A stretch of 62,375 nt of DNA from a virus (taxonomy: Duplodnaviria > Caudoviricetes), in the IMG/VR virus record IMGVR_UViG_3300025770_000019, positions 1 to 62,375 of that record; one strand, given 5' to 3'. A model generated the notes under the pieces. It was not told where the DNA came from, did not search any database, and worked only from the letters and a program-made list of their open reading frames with translations. The translations under genes were made by a program, and so were the position numbers. Below are positions 48,397 through 58,355 of this stretch, piece by piece. Numbering within the stretch: position 1 is the stretch's first letter; each line of letters begins with the position of its first letter.

Positions 48397-49691
48397 GTTA
48401 CATCGCGTCCGGTAATCGTTCTCCCGCCGTTAGCTGCATCATCGCCTGTCACTCGATCTTTTAGGCCATCAGGGGATTTAATTGTATAAGTCCCGTCTGT
48501 CGCCTGTTCCACGTCGCCAGAGGCAACCGCGAGAAGTATCTTGTTAACTTCCTTGAATGTAAACCCGTCGATGTCTTCTGCGAAAAAGTCTACAAGCGTC
48601 TTGTTTATCGTTGCATCATCATTGTAATCAGTCCCGGCAACAAGATCACTCTCATTGTTTACTATACATACGCCTCTTAAATGTGCGTCCCCAAGATCGG
48701 TACATGACGCACTGACGTTGATCTTTCCTGTGTTGAGTCCTATGGTCATATTCGTGCTGGCTGAGGTAAAGTTACTCAACCTGACACCGCCGTTATAGTT
48801 CCGCAGCGTCAAGTCTACTGGCCCTGCTGTCCCATCAAGACTGGGAGACTCGCCCCCCGGCACGAAGGATTGCCCTGAGCTAATGGTTGCCACGCCTCCA
48901 CTGATAAAGCTAATGGTGTTACCTAGTAAGCACTCGGTGGCTGTTCCGTTGAATGCAGTTATCCCTGCTCCTGCTGCGGTGAAAGTGCAACGCTCCATCT
49001 TCAATGAGCCACCAGCTTGGACTCCATCTACAATGCAATCTCTAATAACTACATCGGTCATATCCTGACCGCCCAAATCTATCTCGGCACCTGACCCCTC
49101 CCCTTGCCAAATAGTTATCCCCGGTGCTGCGGTGAACACGATGGGCGACCGTAGACGGAACTTAATGAACCCTTTACTCGTGGCTAGGGTCAACGCGTCA
49201 GCAAGATTGTCACAAGGTACAGCCTCAGTACCTACAGGAAACGCTGTGCCGGGTAGCCCGTTTATAGCGTCAATCACTATCTGCCCGTTGTACTGGTTCG
49301 TTTGGATCAACGCTATCGCTGCAGTAATTGCCTGTGTTACTGGCTGCAAACCAAACACACCGACGGTGTAGGCTCCTGTAGTGGCTAACAGTATCGGCAG
49401 TGATGCGTCCTCGGGTGCTAAGTTACCCGACAGATACACAGACTGATCTTCTTCTGTGGTCTTTAGCCTCCAACCCGTATCGTTCCTTAAGAAGAAGTAC
49501 GCCCCCGCTGTAATGCCGGGGGTCAAGTCGTCACCGCCAATAGTTCTGAACGCTGGCAGATACTTCAGGTTGTCACTTAGGGTAGACCATACCTTCCAAT
49601 CAGAATAGATATCTTCTACGCCTACAGCTAACGCTCCCGAAACAGGAGCCTCCAGCGTAATGATTTTATTGGGTCCATCAAAGGTAGCCAT
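48393..49691 (-). CDS. Accessory structural protein, possible beta-helix
   Basis: DIYSDWKVW, GTEAVPCDNLADA, Gly/Thr-rich repeats. Confidence 0.7.
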   Translation of the reverse strand: MATFDGPNKIITLEAPVSGALAVGVEDIYSDWKVWSTLSDNLKYLPAFRTIGGDDLTPGITAGAYFFLRNDTGWRLKTTEEDQSVYLSGNLAPEDASLPILLATTGAYTVGVFGLQPVTQAITAAIALIQTNQYNGQIVIDAINGLPGTAFPVGTEAVPCDNLADALTLATSKGFIKFRLRSPIVFTAAPGITIWQGEGSGAEIDLGGQDMTDVVIRDCIVDGVQAGGSLKMERCTFTAAGAGITAFNGTATECLLGNTISFISGGVATISSGQSFVPGGESPSLDGTAGPVDLTLRNYNGGVRLSNFTSASTNMTIGLNTGKINVSASCTDLGDAHLRGVCIVNNESDLVAGTDYNDDATINKTLVDFFAEDIDGFTFKEVNKILLAVASGDVEQATDGTYTIKSPDGLKDRVTGDDAANGGRTITGRDVT

Positions 49692-51979
49692 TACAGATTC
49701 TTGTACACCCTGTCTATTCGAGGGGATAGCGGTAAACCCACGTCCCCAGAACTCAAGTCTATAGCATAAAACTCATCTGTCACGTAGCCCAGCGCATGTA
49801 CGCGAACATCTACACTGGTTGTCACGCTTTCGTTTACCGCCAAAGCGAATGTGCCAGAGACTACAGATTCCGACCCGCCCAACTCAGTCTGTGTGCTTGC
49901 ATCAAATATCCGAACCTCTGCCCCATTGGGAACGTTCGTCAATGCTAAGGTGGCGTCATCCAGAATCGTGATCGTACCCCCGTTGGAGGCGAAGCACTTA
50001 GTTGAATCAATGTTCGACGTTCCCGTATTGATCAAGGTCAGCGTGTCTGCTCCCCTCCACTCAAGATGCAATGTGATCAGAGAATCAAACACCTTCTCGT
50101 TCAGGGTCAGCTCAACATCACCACCCCCTGTCTTTGGCTCTATCCGATAAGACAGAGGCCAATCAGGACGTACATCTGCTGTAGCATCCAAGGCAGTCTG
50201 CATTGATGCTTCCGTGGCTGTAACAATGATGTCATCCGGCAAGGCTCCCCGTCTAAACAAGATGTCACGAATCTCGGTGGTCTTATCCAACGCACCTGCA
50301 TTGGTCCCTGCTGAGTTGTCTGACCATGAAGCGAAGTCACTGATGTGTGCATCGTTCATGCCTTGGAACGCAACGTCTGTGCCGCCAATCTCCAAGTTAC
50401 CCCCAGCCTTATTAAAACTGATATCGCCTGAGTGAGCATCCCATGACCCGGTTCCTAAAGGGTTTCCTGTGGACCCCGGCTGCTCTTCACCATCAATAAA
50501 TAGGCGTACTTCTTTCGGGCTTTCTGTCAGTGAGTAACGACCGCATATATGGTACGGCCTGCCTGTGGCTAATTTGAAACTTGACCAGCCCTGCGCGTTA
50601 ATTGCGTTGCCGGGAACGTCAGCTACAGAGAACAATACAACATTGCCAAACCCTACAAAGAAAGCCGCATTCTGAACTCCACCCCCTTCCTCGAACAGAC
50701 TCCCTAGCGCATGTTGAATCTCGTTTAGCTGCAACCAGAACGCCCATGTTCTTTCACTCGACGTAATCGTGATATTCATATTAGGAGACTGAGCGCACTC
50801 GCGTTTGTTCTGATCATTGTCGAAGTTCACGCAATGCGTATTCCCATCAACGATCTCCTGCGTATCGAATGACCATGTACCAACAACGACGGCGATCATG
50901 GGGATAGGTGGACCCGTGTATCCGGTATCGGCATAAGTATTGTTCAGCCGCCAGTAATGGTCGGGCTTCAGTATATCAACGACCGTTGTGTGATATGGGA
51001 GCAGCCCAACAGATATACCTCCAGAAGCAGGGGCTGACACATCTCCAGTGTCGTTGGTTACGACGACATAAAACACAGCATCAATTCCAAGAGCACCTTG
51101 GGTCATGTCTAACTGAATGCTTGTATCTGACCAACTGTCTATAGACTGAGACACCTTAGTTGTACCAGATAAATCGCTCCATATCTCGACCTTGCCGGTT
51201 CCTTGAACAGCCTCAAACCCATCGCCTACAACGGTCACATTGGTCACATTCCAGTCATCGTGAGGTGACAGGCTGAGAACTGTGCCTCCTGTCACATGGA
51301 TGGGCCGAGCTTCATTCAACGCCATCGTATAGGTGTGGTATTCAGGAGTGGTATTCAGCACTGAATGCTGCCAATCAGGAGGGCTGTATGTCTCTACCGT
51401 GTCGCGCTCTATGTCTGCTGTAAAATGGTTTCTATGGTCGTTGGCTGTTCCTGCCCAAACCTGAGTTCTTAACGTGAAACCAGTCGGCGCTGCCGCTGAC
51501 CAGATGTCATCGTGCGTTGCGGCATGAAAACAAATCACGCGAGTATTCGCAGCGATAACCTCAACGCTCGGGTTGGGAGGGTTCGCATCATTCTGAGCGC
51601 TTGCATAGGCAGGGCCTTGGAAAGGTGCTACTTGATCAACACCTCGATAAACAAGCAAACTACCGGACATAGGCTCATTCGTACCGCCGCTATTCCAGTC
51701 AAACGTAGGGTCAGATTCACTAGCCGAGGTTGCGAATTTCCAATAGATAGAAGTCTCTTGGTCACGTCCACCTGTTGTTCTGTTGTACGTGGCTTGCGTC
51801 CAACCATTACTTCCGCCGCCGTCGTCATCCCACGTCTGCTGACCTGTATTCTCTGACTGCTTAACGAACGCAATCATCAGATCATCGGTCGTATGCGTGA
51901 TCGTGGACATATCAAACGTGATGGTCGTAGCGCCAGAGCTATCTTGAGTCTGGCTATCTATAAACGAAGGAACTGCCAT
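49691..51979 (-). CDS. LamG/concanavalin-like domain structural protein (762 aa)
   Basis: PDHYWRLN, TWAFW, PYHICGRY, RLFIDG; IDSWSDTSI Ig-like segment. Confidence 0.75.
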   Translation of the reverse strand: MAVPSFIDSQTQDSSGATTITFDMSTITHTTDDLMIAFVKQSENTGQQTWDDDGGGSNGWTQATYNRTTGGRDQETSIYWKFATSASESDPTFDWNSGGTNEPMSGSLLVYRGVDQVAPFQGPAYASAQNDANPPNPSVEVIAANTRVICFHAATHDDIWSAAAPTGFTLRTQVWAGTANDHRNHFTADIERDTVETYSPPDWQHSVLNTTPEYHTYTMALNEARPIHVTGGTVLSLSPHDDWNVTNVTVVGDGFEAVQGTGKVEIWSDLSGTTKVSQSIDSWSDTSIQLDMTQGALGIDAVFYVVVTNDTGDVSAPASGGISVGLLPYHTTVVDILKPDHYWRLNNTYADTGYTGPPIPMIAVVVGTWSFDTQEIVDGNTHCVNFDNDQNKRECAQSPNMNITITSSERTWAFWLQLNEIQHALGSLFEEGGGVQNAAFFVGFGNVVLFSVADVPGNAINAQGWSSFKLATGRPYHICGRYSLTESPKEVRLFIDGEEQPGSTGNPLGTGSWDAHSGDISFNKAGGNLEIGGTDVAFQGMNDAHISDFASWSDNSAGTNAGALDKTTEIRDILFRRGALPDDIIVTATEASMQTALDATADVRPDWPLSYRIEPKTGGGDVELTLNEKVFDSLITLHLEWRGADTLTLINTGTSNIDSTKCFASNGGTITILDDATLALTNVPNGAEVRIFDASTQTELGGSESVVSGTFALAVNESVTTSVDVRVHALGYVTDEFYAIDLSSGDVGLPLSPRIDRVYKNL

Positions 51980-52210
51980 TTACAAACTACCTCTGGTGTC
52001 TAACACCCACGCATCATAGGCATCCCACATCTTTCGATACAGAATGCCCTCGGCTATCTCTCTGGTGTCGTAATCCACCAACGTCACTTCAACACAGATA
52101 CAAATACTGTCGGGTTCATACCTATCATCATCGTCCAAAGCCCTATCCGCCCACTCAGAATAGAGCTTCCCGTTTTCCTCCCAGTGCTTGATATTATTCT
52201 TATTCATCAC
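51980..52210 (-). CDS. Hypothetical protein
   Basis: Packed between the two LamG-like genes. Confidence 0.55.
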   Translation of the reverse strand: MMNKNNIKHWEENGKLYSEWADRALDDDDRYEPDSICICVEVTLVDYDTREIAEGILYRKMWDAYDAWVLDTRGSL

Positions 52211-53484
52211 GCAGGATTCCTGTAATTCCTATCAAAGAATTGTGATACCTGTAGCACAACACCCACTGAGGTATCGACACTCTCCAGCCTGATAATATCC
52301 TCGGTCAAGGACACGATCATAATGTCCACCGAGTCCACATAGACAAAGGACTCAAACAAACCGTCGGTTACATTCTCCTCCCCGGCCACCTCTGTGGTCG
52401 TGCCTGCTTCATATACTCGAACCTCCGTGGGGTTCTGTAGCCCTGATATATCAAGCTGCGTCTCATTCTGGACTGTGATCGTACCACCACCCGTGGTGCT
52501 GAATATCGTTGCGTTGCTATTCCTGTCATTCCTCCAGTTCAGTGTCGCTGATCCTGTGTACTGTACGTGAATCGAACTCAGGGGATCAAACGTGATAGCA
52601 ATAGCAGACAACTCAAAGTCGGTGTCGCCTGTGTTGTTTGCCACCCTGATGGCGCAAGGCACATTACCTTTCAGTCCATTGTCTATCAATTCAAGGGCTG
52701 TCTGCATGGCCGACTCTGTGCCTGCGGCTATTGTCTCGGTTGCAAGCACCCCGCCCTCGAACAGTGTCTCTCGTATTTCCGTGTCGGATAGGTCTGCACT
52801 GGCCCCGTCGAACGTAGCCCAATGATTATAATACCCCTCATCGGAACCGCTCATCCGAACAGTACCGCCCCCCACACCTTGACTAGCCGTACCTGCGTCA
52901 CCAAACACAGCAACGCCTCGGGCATCAAGGCTCGCAGTATCTGGTTGTCGGTCAAGAGGGTCGGCGTTGGTCATCTCCACACCATCCACAAACAACTTAA
53001 CCTCGTTGCCGTTGGAGTTCCCTAGGAAGATACCGCACAGGTGGTACGCACGATTAGGCACCATCTCTGGGCCATACACTTGTAGCCCTGTGGGAAAGTT
53101 CGTTGCCTCCACTACTTCGAACACTAAGTTGTTTCCAAAGCCAGCAATGAACTGCCACTTGGTCGTAGTATCACCTTCACCATAGATATGGATTGGCGGT
53201 GGTCGGAAGGAGTCAAACATGAACCAGCCACAGACCGCTTTCTGGGTCTGGGCTGAATTGTTAATGTTAGCTGTAGTGGCAAGCGTGACGCGATCACCAC
53301 GAACAGAGATGCTCCCCTGCGTGTTCGTGGTCATGCAGTTACTTGCGTCCTCTGCAATAGCGGTGCCCGTGTAAAGGACACCACTATCAGTGCCATTCAC
53401 AGCGCCTATCTCATCCAGAGAATCATCCTCAAAAGGGTAATGGTGATCCGCCCCCAGAGTTGCAATATCGTCACGGTATGCCAC
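52207..53484 (-). CDS. LamG/concanavalin-like domain structural protein (425 aa), paralog of the 762-aa protein
   Basis: HHYPFED, VCGWF, AYHLCGIF, KLFVDG; C-terminal half aligns by eye with the 762-aa protein. Confidence 0.75.
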   Translation of the reverse strand: MAYRDDIATLGADHHYPFEDDSLDEIGAVNGTDSGVLYTGTAIAEDASNCMTTNTQGSISVRGDRVTLATTANINNSAQTQKAVCGWFMFDSFRPPPIHIYGEGDTTTKWQFIAGFGNNLVFEVVEATNFPTGLQVYGPEMVPNRAYHLCGIFLGNSNGNEVKLFVDGVEMTNADPLDRQPDTASLDARGVAVFGDAGTASQGVGGGTVRMSGSDEGYYNHWATFDGASADLSDTEIRETLFEGGVLATETIAAGTESAMQTALELIDNGLKGNVPCAIRVANNTGDTDFELSAIAITFDPLSSIHVQYTGSATLNWRNDRNSNATIFSTTGGGTITVQNETQLDISGLQNPTEVRVYEAGTTTEVAGEENVTDGLFESFVYVDSVDIMIVSLTEDIIRLESVDTSVGVVLQVSQFFDRNYRNPA

Positions 53485-53501
53485 CTACAACCCTTCGTGG
53501 T

Positions 53502-55493
53502 TTATGGGTTACTGAAGTTTCTTTCCAATGCCGCAACCAGTGAGGCAGTCAGACCCGTATTGGTGATTGTCCCTGTCGCAATAACGTACTGAGCCAGACT
53601 CAAGCCAATAGCAACAATCGTTACTGGTGCATCGGTACTATCAGAACCCGTTCCGCGCTGAAGGTTTTCATCATACGCAAAGTTGTAGTTCTGAGTCGCG
53701 CCGGGAATAGCCCCAGAGATGTCAGTCGTCGTATCGTCATCAACAATAATGGCGTCAATCGTGCCGTAGTCTCGACCAGAGTTATCACCAGTGTCATCGT
53801 TGGTGAAGAACATGGTGAACACCGCGCCTGCATCGCCTGTCAGGTTAGAGTTGAAGTTCAACGTAACCGTTACAGTCAGCGGGAATGTCTGAGTAACACT
53901 TGAGTTATCTACAAACGCTACCCTGTTCTTGTCTGCGCCTGAGAACGAGTCTACCGTCACACCAGTACCACCTGATCCGACAGGGTTAACCGTCAACTCA
54001 GAAGTGGTCATCGTGTTACCTGTAGATGCCAGTACCAATAGAGGCTCAGCCAGTCGCCCAATAACATCTGCGCCGAAGCTCAAAGCACCGTCGTTGATAT
54101 CTGTAGAGTTCAACAGCCTAGCCGCAACGAATGCGTAAATCTGTTCTGCCGAAGCTGCACCGCCGCCATCTACCTGCGTCACCGAAACATCACCGTCAAT
54201 GATCACACCAAACGCTTTGGTATCACCAAGGACAAAACCATCCCTAGTCTCCGCTACGTTGGTGTAGGCAATACTCATATCGTTGTACGGGGCGATGCCA
54301 CCGTCAGCGTTAGCCTCCGATACCGCAAGGTCAGTAATAACTGGATCAGCAGCTTCTGAAAGCGGGAAACGATAAACTTGGTTGGTGATAGCTGATACAC
54401 CAATGGCTGTCGTAGTCGATTGGTCATAGGTCTTACCAAACACTCGGATACGTGGTGTAAACACCTGAGTCCTGTGGTCAATCGCTATAAGAACAGCTGT
54501 GTCATCTGCGTTTGTCGTGAACGAAGCAGCACCGAAAGTAAGTGTCAGTGTAGCTACTGCCGTTACAACCTCCGTCACATCGTTAGCACCATCTTCAGCG
54601 TTCTGGAATGTTATGCTGTCCCCTACCTTGACACCATCAGCAACCCAGTCTCCTGTTGTGCTAGTCACTGTAGTTGAGGTGGCAAAAGCAATCGTGCCTG
54701 CCCCTGACAAATCAATACCAATAACACTGGCTACCGCCTCGTTAGCAGGCCCGTCGAAGGTCGCGTCAACGATGTCTGCGTCAACCAAAGCTGAATCCCA
54801 GAAACCGTATGTGAAGTCAGATGCGTCAATGTTACCCAGTGTTACCCAACCAAACCGTTGGTTGATCAGGAAGCCGTTTACATCAACTTCGTCCCAACCA
54901 GCAGTACGGATTAGGGCGCGGGTATCAGAAGCACTACTTGTGGCGAGTGTAGATTCCGCCTCATCAATGGGCCTCCATTCGTTGAATTCAAATTGCTCTG
55001 GCGTAATAGCAGTCATGGGGAATGGGAACTTGATCAAATCAGCATCGTTCTTCCATTCCTCTTTCATAAAGGAATATAGCGCCTGACCGAGAACACCATC
55101 GTTAGTCAACTGCGTGACAGAACCGAAGCCGTTGATCAAAGAGAATATCCTGTTCGTTGTATCGAAGTGGATATTTTTCTCATTGGCGTTTGTACCAAAG
55201 ATACGCGCAGTAGCACTAGAGCTATCCGTAATGATGTCGGGCGGTGTACCTGTCAAGGCTTGCTTTGTTACTGAAATAGATGAGGTTGTGGGTGACCCTG
55301 TTACAAGGTACAACCCGTTGTTACTCACGGTTGTAGCATCTCGCAACTCAATATAGTCGCCAGCAGTTACAGCGGGTAGCGAAGCTGAGCCAGTCATCGT
55401 ACCTGTAATGGTAGATACCAGCGTGATAACAAAATCACCGGGGGTAGTTATTGCGCCTTGTGACAGGCCATCTGGATCAATTATTTGCGCCAT
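53502..55493 (-). CDS. Accessory structural protein (663 aa)
   Basis: IIDPDGL, GQALYSFMKEEWK, FPFPMTAITPEQFE; acidic Thr-rich. Confidence 0.75.
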   Translation of the reverse strand: MAQIIDPDGLSQGAITTPGDFVITLVSTITGTMTGSASLPAVTAGDYIELRDATTVSNNGLYLVTGSPTTSSISVTKQALTGTPPDIITDSSSATARIFGTNANEKNIHFDTTNRIFSLINGFGSVTQLTNDGVLGQALYSFMKEEWKNDADLIKFPFPMTAITPEQFEFNEWRPIDEAESTLATSSASDTRALIRTAGWDEVDVNGFLINQRFGWVTLGNIDASDFTYGFWDSALVDADIVDATFDGPANEAVASVIGIDLSGAGTIAFATSTTVTSTTGDWVADGVKVGDSITFQNAEDGANDVTEVVTAVATLTLTFGAASFTTNADDTAVLIAIDHRTQVFTPRIRVFGKTYDQSTTTAIGVSAITNQVYRFPLSEAADPVITDLAVSEANADGGIAPYNDMSIAYTNVAETRDGFVLGDTKAFGVIIDGDVSVTQVDGGGAASAEQIYAFVAARLLNSTDINDGALSFGADVIGRLAEPLLVLASTGNTMTTSELTVNPVGSGGTGVTVDSFSGADKNRVAFVDNSSVTQTFPLTVTVTLNFNSNLTGDAGAVFTMFFTNDDTGDNSGRDYGTIDAIIVDDDTTTDISGAIPGATQNYNFAYDENLQRGTGSDSTDAPVTIVAIGLSLAQYVIATGTITNTGLTASLVAALERNFSNP

Positions 55494-55502
55494 GATTTAT
55501 TC

Positions 55503-55769
55503 TCAGTTTAGGTCAATTTTCCGATTTCTAACCCGGTGAAGGTCAGCGATACGCTGCTCCTCCGTAGTTATAGTCGTCCTCAGCTGATCCACTCCCAGTT
55601 GACCCGACGAGATCATTGCGTCAATCTCACCTAGGGGCTTGGCCCGAATCTGTTCGTCTGTCCATCCTGCCGTTGTCGGCTCTGGCGGTTTTTGTTGTCT
55701 ATCAAGGTCTATGTATGTCACGTCGCCGCCCAATTTTCCGTGCTTTTTCTCAAACTCTGCTTGTTCCAT
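55503..55769 (-). CDS. Hypothetical protein
   Basis: AAGGGG SD; packed between genes. Confidence 0.65.
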   Translation of the reverse strand: MEQAEFEKKHGKLGGDVTYIDLDRQQKPPEPTTAGWTDEQIRAKPLGEIDAMISSGQLGVDQLRTTITTEEQRIADLHRVRNRKIDLN

Positions 55770-55779
55770 ACACTTCCCC

Positions 55780-56175
55780 TTAAATTAACATTATCTGTCG
55801 GTCTGGTATAGGCACCTTGAACGGGCCGTTGGTGCTAGTGTACTCCGCGCCCCAGCTACCGACAAACAGTACAGTGTTATTTTTAGATGTATCGTAGATC
55901 ATGTACCCGGCCGCCGTCATCGACGCTTTCGGCCACTCTACGTCACCCCATGTCAGGTACACGCTACCGTCTGTTTCTTCGCATAGTTCACAGTCGGATA
56001 GCTTCATGCCTCCGGACTTGTAGCCGAACCCACTTACCTCGTAGTCGGTCGTATACGCTCTCGTGCCCACACCCAGCTCAGCTTCAGAGCTGAACAAAGC
56101 AATTTTGCAAGTGTCGGTCAAAACTGAACGCATGAACAGCGCTTTAGCTGCTTGTGTTACCCCTGTCTCGATCAT
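55780..56175 (-). CDS. Virion structural protein
   Basis: KIALF, YTTDYEVSGFGYKSGG, TAAGYMIYD; ATGA overlap with portal. Confidence 0.75.
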   Translation of the reverse strand: MIETGVTQAAKALFMRSVLTDTCKIALFSSEAELGVGTRAYTTDYEVSGFGYKSGGMKLSDCELCEETDGSVYLTWGDVEWPKASMTAAGYMIYDTSKNNTVLFVGSWGAEYTSTNGPFKVPIPDRQIMLI

Positions 56176-58298
56176 CCGTTCTGCCCCGTCGAGACATTAC
56201 GCATGGTATTACCGTCGCGGCCGCCTGCAGGTGAACCGTCGGGGAGAGTCTGGACGCCCTTAGTCCTTGTCGCGCCCGTAACTTGACCCGAATCATCACG
56301 GGAGAAGCTGACGTTATCTGGTGCTGCACCTAAAGCCTCCTGCAGCATCTCTAGCTGCTGTTGCTGTTGCTCAATTACCTGTTGCTGTTGCTCAATTACG
56401 GTCATCTCTCTACGTGTAGGAACAACTTTGTCTACGTTCATGTTCAAGTTGCTCGCCGCGTCGCGCAGTAGTTCAGCCGCGCCGTTCTGCCCGACAATCT
56501 GACTCGCTACCGGGCTGTTCAGAACCAAGTTCAGGAACTCGCTGCGCCGTATAGCCTCAGCCTCTTTCACGACTAGGCTGCTCGCGCCGCGCGCAACAAT
56601 CTGCACGTCGCCGACTAGGTCAGGGTCTTCGTTGTATCTCAAGTTATCATGGTACAGCCGCTCAATGGCGGGGACGATGACGTTCTTGTCGATGTTGTTT
56701 ATGACTTGTTTGATGCCCTTGCCAGCGTTGGAGATCATCATGGAGAGACCTGATGATGTCCGTCCCGCGCCGGGCGTGTGTTCACCGGTCATGTATTTCG
56801 GAATCATCGTGTCTTCGTCAGCTCGGTCTGCAAATTTCTCAAATACCCCCATCAGCTCCTGTGCGTTGCTGGATGGTTGGAAGAAGTCTATGGGCGGCTC
56901 AGTACTATTCATCTCCGCTGATTCAAACTGCCAAATTTTCCATGGGTACAAAGCGGTAATATCTTCGCCGGGTGGCATTCTGCTTACGTTAACACCGACT
57001 TGTGGGCCAGATGATATGCCCATGTTATTCGACATCGCGCGCGCGGTGGCGTTGACCATAGCCTGAGAGTCGCGGCACAGATCAGCAACGCCGTTACCGT
57101 CGACTGAGCCGGGCTTACTCTCGTAGGACGCAATGTAGTAGGGCTTTCGTGCGACGGGGTCGTAGTTCAACACGGCCTTAATCACTGTGTTGCCTATCAA
57201 CCAAATTTCACAGGAGTAGCTCAGGTCTTTATCCGGAACATCAGCCTCAGACATACCCCACTCACGTAGCAGAGAGCCGTTGACCTCATCCCACATCTGG
57301 AGCGCATCAACCGTGTCTTGAGTGTTGACCGCGTAGTACGGGTTTTTACCCTCCGCATCTGCGACTTCAGTGTCGAGCCACAGCCAGTTGGCTAGGTTCC
57401 CACCGCCGAAGTTGGCTAGTACCGACCGTATCGCATCTTCGTTGTATCCGGGAACGCCGATCAGCGCTTGCAGCTCTACGGCTGTCAGCTTGTGTCGCTC
57501 GATGACGTAGCCGTCGTTGATGTCCGACGCCCATGGTGCCCAGTACAACATGAATGGGTTTACCCGCTCCCACTCATTACGAATCACGTCTTGTGGTTTA
57601 AGCTCTCCATTAACCCACTTCATAACTTTGCGCTTACGCTTCATTGGGCCTTTCAGCGCAGCGAACGGGAACGTGACAATGTCATCGAGAAATTCGTTGA
57701 ACGCTTTAATCCAGCCGCCTTCTGCGAGCTGGTCTTCCATCTTAAGCTCCATGCGGTCGACTCGTTCCTCAGAGTCCTCTTTCAGCGCACGTTCCGCTTT
57801 GTCTTTCATGTCGTCTGCTATCTGCCGTAGCTCCTCTGGGGACGGCATTTCTAACCCCGACGACAGCTGCTCCTGCATTTTCCTAGCTAACTCAGCCTGC
57901 AACCCATCTAACAACCCGCCGGGCATCTCCGGTACGGGTGTCGGTTCGATAGACCAAGGCTTGTCGCTGCCATTACCCAACAACGTGTCACGTAACCAGC
58001 TTGTGGCTGCGCGGCACTTCACAGACGTTAGCCGCACAAAAATTTCTGAGCCGCCCTGTTGCGCTATCTGGGATTGTATATCGGGATCATATTCGCCGTT
58101 GCGCTGTCGCAAGCACTGCAGCATTCGTTCTTCTAACTCGCGTCGGGCGTGGAGTGCGTTCTCCCAACGTCTTCGGACGTGCGACGCAAGCCCTTGAATT
58201 TCAGGTTGGGCCTGCAATTCCGCGTTACGTTGCTCAGACTGCCGTTCAAGATCGGATGCGCTTGCAACTGGAATAAGTGCGGCGTATGAATCAGCCAT
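56172..58298 (-). CDS. Portal protein
   Basis: 708 aa directly after terminase; GNGVADL, NNMGISSGPQ, GAGRTSSGLSM; Gln-rich tail. Confidence 0.9.
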   Translation of the reverse strand: MADSYAALIPVASASDLERQSEQRNAELQAQPEIQGLASHVRRRWENALHARRELEERMLQCLRQRNGEYDPDIQSQIAQQGGSEIFVRLTSVKCRAATSWLRDTLLGNGSDKPWSIEPTPVPEMPGGLLDGLQAELARKMQEQLSSGLEMPSPEELRQIADDMKDKAERALKEDSEERVDRMELKMEDQLAEGGWIKAFNEFLDDIVTFPFAALKGPMKRKRKVMKWVNGELKPQDVIRNEWERVNPFMLYWAPWASDINDGYVIERHKLTAVELQALIGVPGYNEDAIRSVLANFGGGNLANWLWLDTEVADAEGKNPYYAVNTQDTVDALQMWDEVNGSLLREWGMSEADVPDKDLSYSCEIWLIGNTVIKAVLNYDPVARKPYYIASYESKPGSVDGNGVADLCRDSQAMVNATARAMSNNMGISSGPQVGVNVSRMPPGEDITALYPWKIWQFESAEMNSTEPPIDFFQPSSNAQELMGVFEKFADRADEDTMIPKYMTGEHTPGAGRTSSGLSMMISNAGKGIKQVINNIDKNVIVPAIERLYHDNLRYNEDPDLVGDVQIVARGASSLVVKEAEAIRRSEFLNLVLNSPVASQIVGQNGAAELLRDAASNLNMNVDKVVPTRREMTVIEQQQQVIEQQQQQLEMLQEALGAAPDNVSFSRDDSGQVTGATRTKGVQTLPDGSPAGGRDGNTMRNVSTGQNG
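56358..56399. repeat. Perfect 21-bp tandem duplication in the portal tail
   Basis: CTGTTGCTGTTGCTCAATTAC twice (VIEQQQQ). Confidence 0.9.
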
Positions 58299-58327
58299 AT
58301 ATGGGCCTCAATGCAGTTATTGCGTAG

Positions 58328-58355
58328 ATTGTAACAACACGCGTCAAGCATACAA
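58328..58355 (-). promoter_or_regulatory. Possible promoter for the portal operon
   Basis: TTGTAT-16 nt-TACAAT with TGn extended -10. Confidence 0.45.

Noticed and set aside
19665-58276. Numerous + strand ORFs of 60-226 aa antisense to the structural genes
   Set aside because: Shadow frames of long minus-strand genes, lacking SD and recognisable motifs
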